64,000 nucleotides of DNA, taken from contig NC_057735.1 of the NCBI RefSeq assembly GCF_004010195.1, forward strand, positions 43,699,698 to 43,763,697, read 5' to 3'. The notes beneath the pieces are model-generated. The model saw only the letters and a program-made list of their open reading frames with translations, ran no database searches and was not told where the DNA came from. Shown one piece after another: positions 25,560 through 38,107 of the stretch. The position numbers were made by a program, and so were the translations under genes. Each line of letters opens with the position of its first letter. Position 1 is the stretch's first letter. Origin of the DNA: Chiloscyllium plagiosum (taxonomy: Eukaryota).

Positions 25560-26340
25560 GTCATAGAGTAAGAGAAATCTACAGCACAGAAAAAGGCCAT
25601 TTGGCCCACCATATCCATGCTGGTCAAAAACAACCACCTAGCCATTCTAATCACATTTTCCAGCTCTTGGCCTATAGCCTAGATTGCCTTGGAATTGCCT
25701 TCCCATTCCTGATGAAGAGCTTATTCTCAAAACGTCAACTCTCCTGCTCCTTGGATGCTGCCTGACAGGCTGTGTTTTTCCAGCACCACACTTTGTGACA
25801 TTGCAAGGGCGCATCTAAATGTTTAAATGTTTCTGCCCCTACCACCCTTGCAGGCAGAGTGCTTTCCGCATTCCCACCACACTCTGTGTGAAAAAAGTTT
25901 GTCTTTACCTCCTGTCTAAACCTTCCCCCCCTTCCCTTAAATCTATGCCTCTAGTCATTGACCCCTCCACCAAGAGTTTCTCACTGCCTACTCTATCTAT
26001 GTTCCTCATAATTTTATACACCTGAATCATTTCCCCTCTCAGGCTATTTAAGGAAAACACCCCAATCTGTCCAATCTCCCTTCCTAACTGAAACTCTGCA
26101 GCCCAGGCAACATCCTGGTAAATCTGCCCTGCACCCTCTCCCATGCAATCACATCCCTCCTATAATGTGGATTCCAGACAATACAGTAGCTGTGGTGTAA
26201 CCAACGTTTTATACAGTTCTACTATAACATCCCTGCTCTTAAACTCAAAGCCTTTGCTAACAAAGGCAAGTAACCCAAATGCCTTTTTGACCACTTCATC
26301 CACCTTCCTGATACCTTATTGGACCCACGTGCTTCTCTAA
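25560..26340 (-). mobile_element. CR1 LINE 3' fragment with nested family A terminal repeat (~25703-25800)
   Basis: LRGEMIQVYKIMRNIDRV. Nested cctgatgaagagcttattctcaaaacgtc. Confidence 0.8.
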
Positions 26341-26499
26341 CCCTGGACCACTACTGCCCACAGAAGATAGTCTCTGTCCCTAGTATTGTTAGAACAGCAC
26401 ATTCACAATACTTACCTTAGTACATGATTTGGAGATGCCAGTGTTGGACTGGGGTGTACAAATTTAAAAATCACACAACACCAAGTGTGATTGGAAGCA

Positions 26500-26534
26500 C
26501 ACTAGCTTTCGGAGCATCGCTCCTTCATCAGGTG
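26500..26534 (-). ncRNA. Minimal type I hammerhead ribozyme (family B), intact core
   Basis: CAC-CUGAUGA-A-GGAGC-GAU-GCUCC-GAAA-GC-UA-GUG. Confidence 0.8.
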
Positions 26535-27018
26535 ATTGTGGAGGGCTCAATCCTAACACACAGAATTTATAGCAAAAATTTACAGTGTAATGTAACTGAA
26601 ATTATACATTGAGAAATTGATTGTTAAGTCTTTCATCTATTTGAATAGCGTATAGTTTCACTTCTTTCATGTGTAAATCACAAAACCTTTTTTTAAAAAT
26701 TGCATTCTCAGGTTAACTGTTAATAATGGGTGATAGCTAGACAATATGTTGAATGTGTTAGCCCCCTGTGTTCTCTGTCTGACAGAGGGGGCTAACACCT
26801 TCAACATATTGTCTAGCTATCACCCATTGTTAACAGTTAACCTGAGAATGCAATTTTTAAAAAAAGGTTTTGTGATTTACACATGAAAGAAGTGAAACTA
26901 TACGCTATTCAAATAGATGAAAGACTTAACAATCAATTTCTCAATGTATAATTTCAGTTACATCACACTGTAAATTTTTGCTATAAATTCTGCGTGTTAG
27001 GATTGAGCCGTCCACTAC

Positions 27019-27053
27019 CACCTGATGAAGGAGCGACGCTCCGAAAGCTAGTG
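27019..27053 (+). ncRNA. Minimal type I hammerhead ribozyme (family B), intact core
   Basis: CAC-CUGAUGA-A-GGAGC-GAC-GCUCC-GAAA-GC-UA-GUG. Confidence 0.8.
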
Positions 27054-27129
27054 TGCTTCCAATTAAACCTATTCGACTATAACCTGGTGTTGTGTGATTT
27101 TTAACTTTGTACCTTAGTACAGAGCAAGC

Positions 27130-27640
27130 AAAGAATATATTTCATTTGAAGCATTCACAGTCTTTTTTGGCAATTGCTGTGTATCCCTATTCTTCCCAAA
27201 TGTGGCAGACTGTGTTCAGATGCAGCCATTCCCAATAATGTTACACATTACGCCACAAAAAACTCTGCTTCCCATAAGACTTCATCCAACCAATCCCAGC
27301 CTTTACTAATTGGACCGATTCGAATTCATAGAAAGCTGCCGGCTGGGTAGAAGATTTTTCAATATTATGTTGATTTCCAGTCCTAACACCTGTCTAAAGT
27401 TCTCCCACGGTATAATTAATGCTGTTGTCACACTAGTTATAGGAAAGGATGAATTTCTGTCTATTTCCATGCTGGTAGCTTTCCAAGGAATTCTGCCAAG
27501 GTTAACAACAGCACTACAGAGGCTGAAAGCTTTCGCTGAAGCAGTTGTAATCCCCTGGGCTCCATGTACAAATACTGACGGAGCCTTGTAGAACAAAGTG
27601 TCTTCAGTCAAGTGACAAACCAACCCTCTCAACTTTCAAC
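27130..27640 (-). mobile_element. Decayed Gypsy-like gag-knuckle/protease relic
   Basis: KAFSLCSAVVNLG (knuckle-like), NFRQVLGLEINIIL (DTGA-region-like), EFFVA*CVTLLGMAASE (protease C-terminal LLG). Confidence 0.35.
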
Positions 27641-27879
27641 GTGCTCTTTAGTTTGAAGCTGAGATTTCTTCCCTACACCACACATCTCAGCTGTGCAATT
27701 AACAGGTGCATCGTAAATCTGCAGATTTTTCATACGTGACAAAGGAGTAACGCACCAAAATCTTGTGGTTTTAAATAAACCTGTTGGACTATAACTTGGC
27801 GTCATGCGACTTCTGACTTTGTCTACCCCAGTCCAACACTGGCACCTCCATATCAGGATTCCCATGGAATCAGCTACAC

Positions 27880-28155
27880 TACACAGAGCCTATTATTCAG
27901 TCTAATACGTACAGTATTCTTTATCCACTATAATATATCCTGGTTCTGTCATTCACTCTAAAACATACAGGTTCCATCAATCATTACAATATACACAGAG
28001 TGTATCCTTCACTATAATATGCACAGAGTCTGTTATTCATTGCACTATATACATAATTTGTCATTCACTGTAACATATACAGGGTCAGTAATTCTCAAAA
28101 TATATACAAAGCCTGATATTCACTATAATAATCACACCCTATCATTCATTATGCA
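27880..28155. repeat. Degenerate ~30-bp minisatellite (tatacacagagtctgttattcactataa-like)
   Basis: Recurring ttcactataata / atatacacagag units. Confidence 0.7.
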
Positions 28156-28479
28156 GGGTTCATGGGAAAGTGAGTAACATCCATCAATCTGAGCCAACAG
28201 CCCTGGAACTAGGATTTTTTGGCTGAGAAAGGTATGCTCATTAAAAGACTAACCAGCCTATCCAATGCCATTGACAGACAGTAAGAGTAGGAGCTGTTTC
28301 TGGTTAGCTGAATGAAGGAAAGCATTTGGAACCTCTACCACCACTGTCCATAGCTTCAAGGTACAACTCGACTTTAAAAGTGTACATTGCCCAGCAATCC
28401 AGATTGCTGGGGGGGGAATCTGGATGACCAGTGTGGATCAAATTAGTGCTAACAACATCATTTTGCTCACTGTCCAGGG

Positions 28480-29740
28480 ATGCAGGTATAGCAGGCTATG
28501 AAGAAGGCAAATGGTGTATTGCCTTCATAGTCAGAGGATTTGAGGACAGGAGCAGGGACGCCTTGTTACAATTGTACAGAGGCCTTGGTCAGACCATGCC
28601 TGGAGTATTGTTTGTAGGTTTGGTCTCCTTTTCTGAGGAAGGATACTCTAGTTTTGGAGGGAGTGCGACAAAGGTTTACCAGATTGATCCCTAGGGCGAC
28701 AAGAGACATGCTTGAAGAGAGGCTACATCAGTTAGGACTGTATTGTAATTTGGAAGAATGGGGGACCTCATAGAAAACTGTAAAATTCTAACAGGACTAG
28801 CCAGGGTGGACAGAGGAAGAATGGGAGTCCAGAACCAGGGGTCACAGATTAAAGATATGGGGTAGGCCATTTAAGACTGAGATAAGGAGAAACTTCATTG
28901 TCCGCACAGTGCTCAGCCTGTGGAATTCTCTGCCTCAGAAAGCAGTTCAGGCCAAGCATTTAAAGTTTTCAAGAAGCAGCTAGTTCTTACAGCCAAAGGG
29001 ATCAAAGGGTATGGTACAAAACAGGAATAGGTTACTGAGCTGGATGGTCAGCCATGATCATAGAGTATGTGACACAGCAAGCTTGCAAGGCTGAGATCAG
29101 ATCAGCCACGATTGTATTAAATAGCAGAGCAGGCTCATGGGACTGAATCGCCTGCTGTTGCTCCTCGCTCCTGACGTATGTTCCACCTCCTGAAGCAAAA
29201 GAATCACCTTCCTTTCAGTAACATTACAGATAGAATGAGCAGTCACTTCTGCCCCCAGCATCTGTATTCTGTATTTATGGGTGAAATGGTTTGAGTGTCT
29301 ATGGGGAGCTATGAAATATCTGTAGGTTCAGCTGTTGCAAACCAGTATTTTCTGTAACAAATCTCATAGAGACTTATAAGATTCTAACAGGACTAGACAG
29401 GGTAGATACAGGGATGATGCTCCCGATGGTGGATGTGTCCAGAACTAGGGCTCACAGTCTGAGGATTTGGGATGGACCATTTAGGACAGGAAGAGGAGAC
29501 ATATCTTCACCCAAAGAGTGGTGAGCTGGTGGAATTCACTACCACAGAAAGTAGTTGATGCCAAAACTTTGAATGTATTCAAGAGGCAGCTAGATAAAGC
29601 ACTTGGGGCGAATGGGATCAAAGGTTATGGGGAGAAAGCACGATTAAGCAATTGAGTTGGATAATCAGCCATGATTGCGATGAATGGTGGAGTGGGCTCA
29701 AAGGGTTGAATAGCCTCTTCCTGCTCCAAACTTCCATGTT
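28480..29740 (+). mobile_element. Two CR1 3' fragments (28480-29170, 29365-29740)
   Basis: AFIVRGFEDRSRDALLQLYR, and two separate 3' UTRs. Confidence 0.8.
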
Positions 29741-30660
29741 TCAATGATATCATGAGCATGTCTCTTAAACATACAATGACATGTTGACCAGGAGACAGAG
29801 AAATCATCACTGCCAAGTTTTATTGTGACATTTATTTCTTACCATTACCTGCAGTTCTCTTCCACCCATTCTGGCTGAATGGTACATGTTCAGTCCTCAA
29901 AGACCTCCATTCACATCAGAAAACCACTGCTCCCACTTCAGACTGGTGTAATGATGCTTGGCATTAACTTCAAAGCCTCCACAGAGGCACCTTGGCCAAT
30001 ATTACCTGGACAGCCAGATTGCGACTGAATGGAGATGATCCAATATACAAATGGGGTCCAGACCTCTGAGGGAGGCATGACCAATAATTTGGTGTCAAAT
30101 GGAGGCCAATGTTTTAGAGTTAGGTTGGTGTCAGCGAAGAAGCAGTGGGTACCTCTGAAGAAGGAATTGTCAACTGGTGACTATTGATGTAATTCAATGA
30201 TGCAAGGCCAACCCAGAGCTAGCAGATAGCACAGGAGGAGACCCCTCACTTTATCCTAGGAAGCTTCAACATGTAATAGTATTGGCACAAACCAGGATGG
30301 TAGTGATCAATTAGATAGTAGTGGCAGATGGTGCTTAATTTAGATAAATGTGAGGTACTGCATTTTGATAAGGCAAACTGGGGCAGGATCTATATAGTTT
30401 ATGGGAGGGCCTTGAGGAGTGTTGTCAAACAGAGGCACCTGGGATGGAGGGACATAGTTCTTCAAAGTGACGTCGCAAGTAGACTGGGTGGTGAAGAACA
30501 CATTTGGTACACTAAGAGTCATAGAGATGTATAGCATGGAAACAGACCCTTCGGTCCAACTCGTCCATGCTGACCAGATATCCCAACCCAAACTAGTCCC
30601 ACCTGCCAGCACTCGGCCTATATCCCTCCAAACCCTTCCTATTCATGTACCCATCCAAAT

Positions 30661-31316
30661 CCAAGTTTGTGCGAAGATTTGCAGCTCGGGTGCTCGTTGT
30701 TGTGGTTCTGTTCGCCGAGCTGGGAATTTCTGGTGCAGACGTTTCGTCCCCTGTCTCGGTGACATCCTCGGTGATTGGGAGCCTCCTGTGAAGCGCTTCT
30801 GTGGTGTTTCCTCCGGCATTTGTAGTGGTTTGAATCTGCCGCTTCCGGTTGTCAGTTCCAGCTGTCCGCTGCAGTGGCCGGTATATTGGGTCCAGGTCGA
30901 TGTGTTTATTGATTGAATCTGTGGATGAATGCCAAGCCTCTAGGAATTCCCTGGCTGTTCTCTGTTTGGCTTGGCCTATAATAGTAGTGTTGGCCCAGTC
31001 GAACCCATGTTGCTTGTCCTCTGCATGTGTGGATACTAAGGATAGCTGGTCGTGTCATTTCGTGGCTAGTTGGTGTTCATGGATGCGGATCGTTATACTG
31101 ACCACTGCAGCAGACAGCTGGAACTGATAACCGGAAGCGGCAGATTCAAACCACTACAAATGCCGGAGGAAAGATCACAGAAGCGCTTCATAGGAGGCTC
31201 CCAAGCACTGAGGATTCACATAGACAGGGGACGAAACGTCTGCACCAGAAATTCCCAGCTCGGCGAACAGAACCACAACAACGAGCACCCGAGCTACAAA
31301 TCTTCGCACAAACTTT
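30661..31316. mobile_element. Family C Penelope-like insertion, inverted arrangement with GIY-YIG C-terminal fragment
   Basis: Starts aagtttgtgcgaagattt and ends aaatcttcgcacaaactt. The minus strand encodes IIGQAKQRTAREFLEAWHSSTDSINKHIDLDPIY. Confidence 0.85.
31205..31243 (+). ncRNA. Minimal hammerhead (family C), core intact, stem II weakened
   Basis: GCA-CUGAGGA-...-GAAA-CG-UC-UGC. Confidence 0.7.
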
Positions 31317-31589
31317 GAATTCTTTTAGTTTGGGGCATGCTCCATCTAGTGGCAATAATTTGGCTAATGCAGGTAGCATGAAGACTAGCTCTCGTAAACA
31401 TCTGGCACGAGAGTGAGTGCAGGATTTCAGTAACTCACAGGTCAGCGTGGGTTCAGAGTGGACAGAGTGCAAAGCTCAAGGCTAAGGTCAGAACAGAGGG
31501 TGGGAATTGAAGCTGGGGAGGAGAGCCAAGACAGAGGGGGAACAGCTGAACTCCCCAGTGGTCACAATGGAAAGCAAGGACTTTTCAAA

Positions 31590-32980
31590 GAAAGAATGAT
31601 GGATGTGGGCATCACTGGATCGGACAGCACTTATTGCCATTGAGAAGATGATGTATTCATTTGCTTTAGGCAGATACACAATGGAGTTCGGGGATTTTGA
31701 CCCAGCAACAGTGCAGGGAATAGCGATATATTTTCCAAGGAGAAAGTGAGCACTGCAGATGCTGGAGATCAGAGTCAAAAAGTGTGGTGCTGGAAAAGCA
31801 CAGCAGCTCAGGCAGCATCCGAGAAGCAGAAGAATCAACGTTTTGAGCATAAGTCCTTCATTAGGGTATTCCTGATGAAGATCTTATGCCCGAAACGTCG
31901 ACTCTCCTGCTCCTCGGATGTTGCCTGACCTGCTGTGCTTTTCCAAGTCAGGAGTTGAGGCTGGAAGGGGAACATGTGTTTTTGTGGCACACATGTTACT
32001 TGCCACTTGTCAGCCCGAGCTAGATATTATCCAGAACATGGATAATTGAACATGGACTGCTTCAGTATCTGCAACATCCCCACTTCTGACCTTATGATGG
32101 AGGAAAGGTCATTGATGTTGCAACTGAAGATGTTTGGGCCTAGGATACTACCCTGAGGAACTTCTGCAGGAATGTCCTGGAGCTGAGATGACTGACTCCC
32201 AACAACCACACCAATCTTCCTGTGTGCCAGGATGACTCCAACTGCTAGAGAGTTTTCCACCTGATCCCCGTTGAACCCTAGGGTTTTGCTAGGGCTTCTT
32301 GATGTCACACTCAGTGGAATGCAGCCTTGATGTCAAGGGCTGTCCCTCTCACTTCCCCTCTGGAATTCAGTCTTTTGTCCATGTTTGAACCAAGGCTGTG
32401 ATGAGATCAGGAGATGAGTAGCCCTGGCAGAACCCAAACTGGGCATCACTGAGCAGGTGCTGCTTGATAATACTATGGATGACACCTTCCATCACTTTAC
32501 TATTGATCGAGAGCAGACTGATGGGGTGGTAATTGGCCAGGTTGGCTTTGTCCTGCTTTTTGTGTACAGGACATACCTGGGCAATTTTCCACATTGTCAG
32601 GAAGAGCTTGGCTTGGTGGTGTAGCATGTCTGGGGGCAAGTCTTCAGTACTATTGCTGGAATGTTGTCAGGGCCCATTGTCTTTGCAATATCCAGTGCTT
32701 CCAGCCATTTCTTGATATCATGTGGAGTGAATCGAATTGGCTGAGGATTGGTATCTGTAATGCTAGGGGCCACTGGAGGAGGCCGAGGTAGATTATCCAC
32801 TCGGCATTTCTGACTGAAGATTGCTGCAAAAGCTTCAGCCTTGTCTTTTACACTGATGTGCTGGGTTCTTCTATCTTTGAGGATGGGTACATTTGTAGAG
32901 CTGCCTCCTCCTCCAGTGAGTTATCAAATTGTCCACCAACATTCATAACTGGATGAGGCAGGACTGAAGAGCTTAGATCT
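31590..32980 (-). mobile_element. Second LINE family fragment with nested family A palindrome (31742-31945)
   Basis: WKIAQVCPVHKK, NYHPISLLS, AQFGF, VPQGSILGP. The nested element contains CTGATGA...GCCCGAAACGTC at ~31872-31899. Confidence 0.85.
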
Positions 32981-32986
32981 AATCTA

Positions 32987-33650
32987 AGATGCAGATCGTT
33001 AGCTGTACCCTATATACCGACCACTGCAGCGGACAGCTGGAACTGACAACCAAAAGCGGCAGATTCAAACCACTACAAATGCCGGAGGAAAGATCACAGA
33101 AGCGCTTCACAGGAGGCTCCCAAGTAGTGAGGATGACACCTGGACAGGGGACAAAACGTCTGCACCAGAAATTCCCAGCTCGGCGAACAGAACCACAACA
33201 ACGAGCACCCGAGCGACAAATCTTCGCACAAACTTTGAACACCTACACAGCTAACGGTCCGCATCCATGAACACCAACTAGCCACGAAACGACACGACCA
33301 CCTATCCTTAGTATCCACACACGCAGAGGACAAGCAACATGAGTTCGACTGGGACGACACTACTATTATAGGCCAAGCCAAACAGAGAACAGCCAGGGAA
33401 TTCCTAGAGGCATGGCACTCATCCACAGATTCAATCAATAAGCACATCGACCTGGACCCAATATACCGACCACTGCAACGGACAGCTGGAACTGACAACC
33501 GGAAGCGGCAGATTCAAACCACTATAAATGCCGGAGGAAATATCAGAGAAGCGCTTCACAGGAGGCTCCCAAGCACTGAGGATGTCACCTAGACAGGGGA
33601 CGAAACGTCTGCACCAGAAATTCCCAGCTCGGCAAACAGAACCACAACAA
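32987..33650 (+). mobile_element. Family C Penelope-like insertion with tandem terminal repeats flanking a GIY-YIG C-terminal fragment
   Basis: Direct repeats ~33013-33237 and ~33462-33650. Between them is IIGQAKQRTAREFLEAWHSSTDSINKHIDLDPIY. Confidence 0.88.
33573..33612 (+). ncRNA. Minimal type I hammerhead ribozyme (family C), intact
   Basis: GCA-CUGAGGA-U-GUCACCU-AGAC-AGGGGAC-GAAA-CG-UC-UGC; predicted GUC cleavage after 33609. Confidence 0.85.
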
Positions 33651-33837
33651 CTAAAAGAACTGCACGAGCAATATTTAAGCATCTTACAAAGGTGTTAAAC
33701 ATCCTACTTTTTATTTTAGCAATAGATTTTATTTTGCTATCTAAGTGCTGCACATACATGGTACATTATTTCAACTTGAGTTGTGTATTAGTTCAGCTGA
33801 GGAACCTCTAAAGAGCCTTACCTTGGCAGCTAACACG

Positions 33838-34110
33838 CAGCACAGTGGTTAGCATTGCTGCCTCACAGAACCAGGGACTCAGGTTCGATTCCCGCCTTGG
33901 GTAACTGACTGCGTGGAGTTTGCACATTCTACCCGTGTCTGTGTGGGTCCCTGCCAGATGCTCTGGTTTCCTCCCACAATCCAAAGATGTGCAGGTTAAG
34001 TGAATTGGTCATGCTAAATTGCACATAGTCAGGGGTGAACATGGGGAATGGATCTGGGTGGGTTACTCTTCGGAGGGTCAGTATGGACTTGTTGAGCCGA
34101 CTTGTCTGCA
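33838..34110 (+). mobile_element. HE1-type V-SINE
   Basis: cagtggttagcattgctgcctcac head, B box ggttcgattcc. Confidence 0.9.
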
Positions 34111-34660
34111 CTGACTAGTCATCCCAATCTGATCCAGTGCTATTTGCCAGCATTTGATCCATATGCCTCTAAGCCCTTCCAATTTATATTCCCATCCAAA
34201 AGCCTTTTAAATTTTGTTTTGTACCAGCCTCTACCACCTCCTCTGGCCGTTCATTCCATACACATACCATGCTCTATCTGAAAAAGTTGCCCCTCAGGTC
34301 CCTTTTAAATCTTTCCCCACTCACCTTAAACCTATTCCCTCCAGTTTTGAACTGTCTTACCCTGGGAAGAAAGATCTTAGCTATTCACTCTATCCATGCC
34401 CCTAATGATTTTATAAACCTCTATAAGGTCACCCCCTTACCCTCCGATGCTTTGGGGAGAATAGCCCCGGCCTATTCAGCCTCTCCCTATAGCTCAAACC
34501 CTCCAGTGTAATATCCTTGTAAATCTTTTCTGCATCCTTTCCAGTTTAACAAAATCCCTTCTATTGCTAGGTGACCAGAAATGCTTGCAATATTTAAAAG
34601 CGATCTCACCAATGTCCTGTACAGTGGCAACATGACCTCCCACCTCCTATACTCAATTTA
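34110..34660 (-). mobile_element. CR1 3' fragment
   Basis: Reverse complement of the CR1 ORF2 C-terminal region (gattttataaacctctataaggtcacccc). Confidence 0.8.
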
Positions 34661-35789
34661 CTTAAGACATAAAACTGGTTGCTCTTCCAAGAGTTAAGTG
34701 AAGACTTGTTCTGGTCAGCAGTGTAGACCAATGCCTGTGTGTAAATTTCAACCTAGTTTTACGTGGAAATGTCCATTTCTGTCACTCCCTGGTGTCAGTA
34801 TTGTATAGCGCCACATGAGAAGAGGCATGCGGATGAGGTGCCAAGCAGGAGAGGGCAGGATTGTCACCTCTGTACTATTATTAACTGTAATACAAACCCC
34901 ATAGCTCTGATAAAGTTACCCTTCAGTTCAATGTTGAATTTAATCTAACCTTTGCCCTAATTCGTTTTAATTAAACTGTATCTTGTGTGACTGAGGGCTC
35001 ATGGCGCCATCAACAGGCACTTAATGTCATTACAGCTCTCAGCCAAAACCTGGAGCTGGCTCCTGTTCAGCTGGGTCTGAAGTGCAAAGAGACCTTCTGA
35101 AGCAAACTGCAGAAATACAGATCCACTTGGCTTTCAAACTCCCTGGATTTCTCTGCTTTCTAGTTAAACCAAGGGAGGAGTCTAGATTCAGGTTCTGCAA
35201 CAGCTCACTTTAGGAACTAACGCACACACAAGTGAACCTGCCAATACCACAGCTCACCATTATGGCATTACCAAGCATCTCTATCAGATTCTCACTATCA
35301 CCAGTCAATTATACAGAAACCTCATCACAGAGCGACCCAGCTTTCAAGTGTTGGTTGGTTTCCCACAAACTGGATTTATATAGTACCTCTAATATTAAAC
35401 CCGAACCACAAGAGCACATTAGGACAAACACATTTGAACTTTATTTCTTTATTTTTCTAGGTTATTCTAAGAATTTTAATATTGCATGTTTAAGTTTATT
35501 TTCCCTGTTTTTTCTACTTTATACCTAAGACAGCACCAGGAATGGTGACATTGTAAACTTTTCACTGTACTCCTCTATCTGAGCATACATGACAATAAAA
35601 CCTATTTCGAATCTAATGCTAATTCTAAAAGCTGAGCCAAACAGGTACTTTTTTTAAAGCATCTTTAGAAAGATTGAGGGTCTTAGGGAGGTAAGTCGGA
35701 GTTCTGGAGCCACTAAATTGGTGATGTGGAGGACAAGATTGGAAGAGCAGATATTGTTGGGTGGAGGGAGATTCTTGTGACCAGGCAAG

Positions 35790-36120
35790 TTCATACAATA
35801 CCTACTATCTGGAAACAGACCATTTGACCGATCAAGTATACACTGACTCTCCAAAGAGAACCACACCCAGAACCACTCCTCTACCCTATCCCTGTAACCC
35901 TGCATTTTCCATGGCTAATCCACCATGCTAGCACAACCCTGGACACCATGGGACAATTTAGCATGGCCAGTCCACCTGACCTGCACATCTTTGGACTATG
36001 GGAGGAAACCGGAGCACCCGGAGGAAACCCACAGGGAGAATGTGCAGAGTGGCCCAAGGCTGGAATCAAACCCAGATCCCTGTGAGGCAGCAGTGTTAAC
36101 TACTGAGCCACCATGACACC
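35790..36120 (-). mobile_element. HE1-type V-SINE
   Basis: gggaggaaaccggagcacccggaggaaaccc V-domain signature. Confidence 0.9.
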
Positions 36121-37171
36121 CCAAATTGGAGGCGAGTTTTAAATATTTTAACTTTAAAAATTAAAATTCAAAGTTTTGCTGGATTGGGAGCCAACGTGGG
36201 CTAATGGTGATGGGTGAATGTAACTTGGGGGTTCAGATACTGTACTGGGAGAGATCAACTAGTAGGGGGCACTGGATCAAACAAGTTTGGAGCTTTACCA
36301 AAGACACAGATTAGGGCTTCAGAAGATGGACTGAAGCTAGCAAACAGACGGGAAATATTTTGCATGTGCAGGGAAGGGGTGTATACGGGGTTAGAAGTTC
36401 CTCTCAATTCAAGAAAACTTGTGTTGTTGCGAAAGTTCTGGTTGATGTCAGCAGCTAAAAAGGAGAGATTTTGTGGCAAGGATTGAATATAACGATTTCC
36501 ACCTTTCCAACTCATCCAGAAAAACAGCCATTCAGGCAACATTGACTATGACTTGGCAGACAACACTTGAATGAACTAAGAACAGTCCCAGCTTGCTAAA
36601 ATGGTTTTAAACAAATGGTATGGTTAACCATTTAAGGATAGGTATGAAAAGGATGAGAAAGGATGCTTTTCAGTCCTTCCTGGGATGCCACTGATGAAGG
36701 TTATTGGAAAGCCAATTGGAGGGATTAAAACATGGAGCTGTGCTACAGACGGTCACTGATTGTTGTAAACATATTTAAGGAAAGGAAGAGTATTGGAGAT
36801 GGGATTGACCTAGTTTAAATGTTTTTTTTCCCTGTTTGAAGCATGCAAAACAAGCACATTTTTTGTGGAAATACATTTGACTCCCAAATACTGTGGCTAA
36901 CGTGAGGGAATGTCCCTAAAGCACCATTTGACAGTCTGAGCCACACTGGAATCAGAATTTTTAATACATCGTGTCAGAAGACCACACTCTAAGTAAAACA
37001 AATTACTGCGAATGCTGGAAATCTGAAATAAAAACAAGGATCGCAGCAAATCTGGTAGCGATTGTGGTAAAACTGGAGCTAATGTTTCAGTTCAAACAGT
37101 TTGCTTTGGAAAGCTGATGTCATTGGACTCGAAACTGTCACTGGTCCCGTCGCTGCAGGGTTCATTTAACC

Positions 37172-37295
37172 CTGTGTGTGTCCACAATACAGGTAGGATA
37201 CCCGATCGTCACTGCCTGCTATCATTTCCTTTGGCTGTGTGTCCACAATACAGGTAGGATACCCGAGCGTCACTGCTGCTATCATTTCCTTTGGC
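37172..37295. repeat. Two-copy ~60-bp tandem repeat
   Basis: ctgtgtgtccacaatacaggtaggatacccga.cgtcactgc.tgctatcatttcctttggc occurs twice. Confidence 0.9.
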
Positions 37296-37744
37296 CTCCA
37301 GGCAGCCAGCTGCTGAACATCAAAGATAAATGAAATACAAACAGGCCAACATTTTCAAGCCTGCAAATCTCAACAGACAACAATTTCAATGAGCTACGAA
37401 CGTTGAATGTTCCTTGAAAGAGACAGATAACAAAAAGGTGTTTGACACTCTTATGGGTCAGTAGCCCTCATCAAGGCTACTCTCTCCAGCAGAAGTCAAT
37501 GCTTAGCCAACCTCCAAACTGACACTGCAATAGTACCAGACCACCTCTCCAGATGAGATCAGCTCAATAAGGAAAGAACCATGACATGCACTAAATACCA
37601 CTTGTAACATATCACTGAGTGCTCATTTACCCTCAATTCACTGTAAATCTACAGTTCCTTCCACCAGATCATTACTCCACTAGTTCACCAATGGACGTAA
37701 GGAGAGGAAATATGCACACCACCAAAACTAGATTATGTATGTTG

Positions 37745-37925
37745 GGTGGACAACCAGGAGGCTGGAAGAACACAGCAAGCCAGGCAGCATCAGGAGGTGT
37801 AGAGGTCAATGTTTCGGGTGTAACCCTTCGTCAGGACCAGGTTACACCCGAAACATCGACTTCTCCACCCCCCCCGATGCTGCCTGGCTTGCTGTGTTCT
37901 TCCAGCCTCCTGGTTGTTTACCTTT
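37745..37925. mobile_element. Family A-related palindrome with a minus-strand hammerhead core (~37806-37835)
   Basis: Inverted arms. The minus strand reads CUGACGA-A-GGGU-UAC-ACCC-GAAA-CA-UU. Confidence 0.75.
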
Positions 37926-38107
37926 AAGTTATATCTTTCTGCTTTGTTTCCTTACTCTTAAATTATTCAAAATGGCATCAGATTGTTGCAACATTGGAAA
38001 AGCTTTTCACTGTATTTTACTGTCTTTCTCACTGTAAAAAGTGTGTTACAATAAAAGTCATTCAATTCAATAAATAGGATGAAGTTTAAAATCACACCAC
38101 CAGATTA

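Larger units (their letters stand above)
26424..27112. mobile_element. ~690-bp near-perfect palindrome of a family B Penelope 3' end, flanked by a direct repeat
   Basis: Arms ~26455-26770 and ~26783-27112 are reverse complements. taccttagtaca occurs at 26413-26424 and 27110-27121. Confidence 0.9.
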
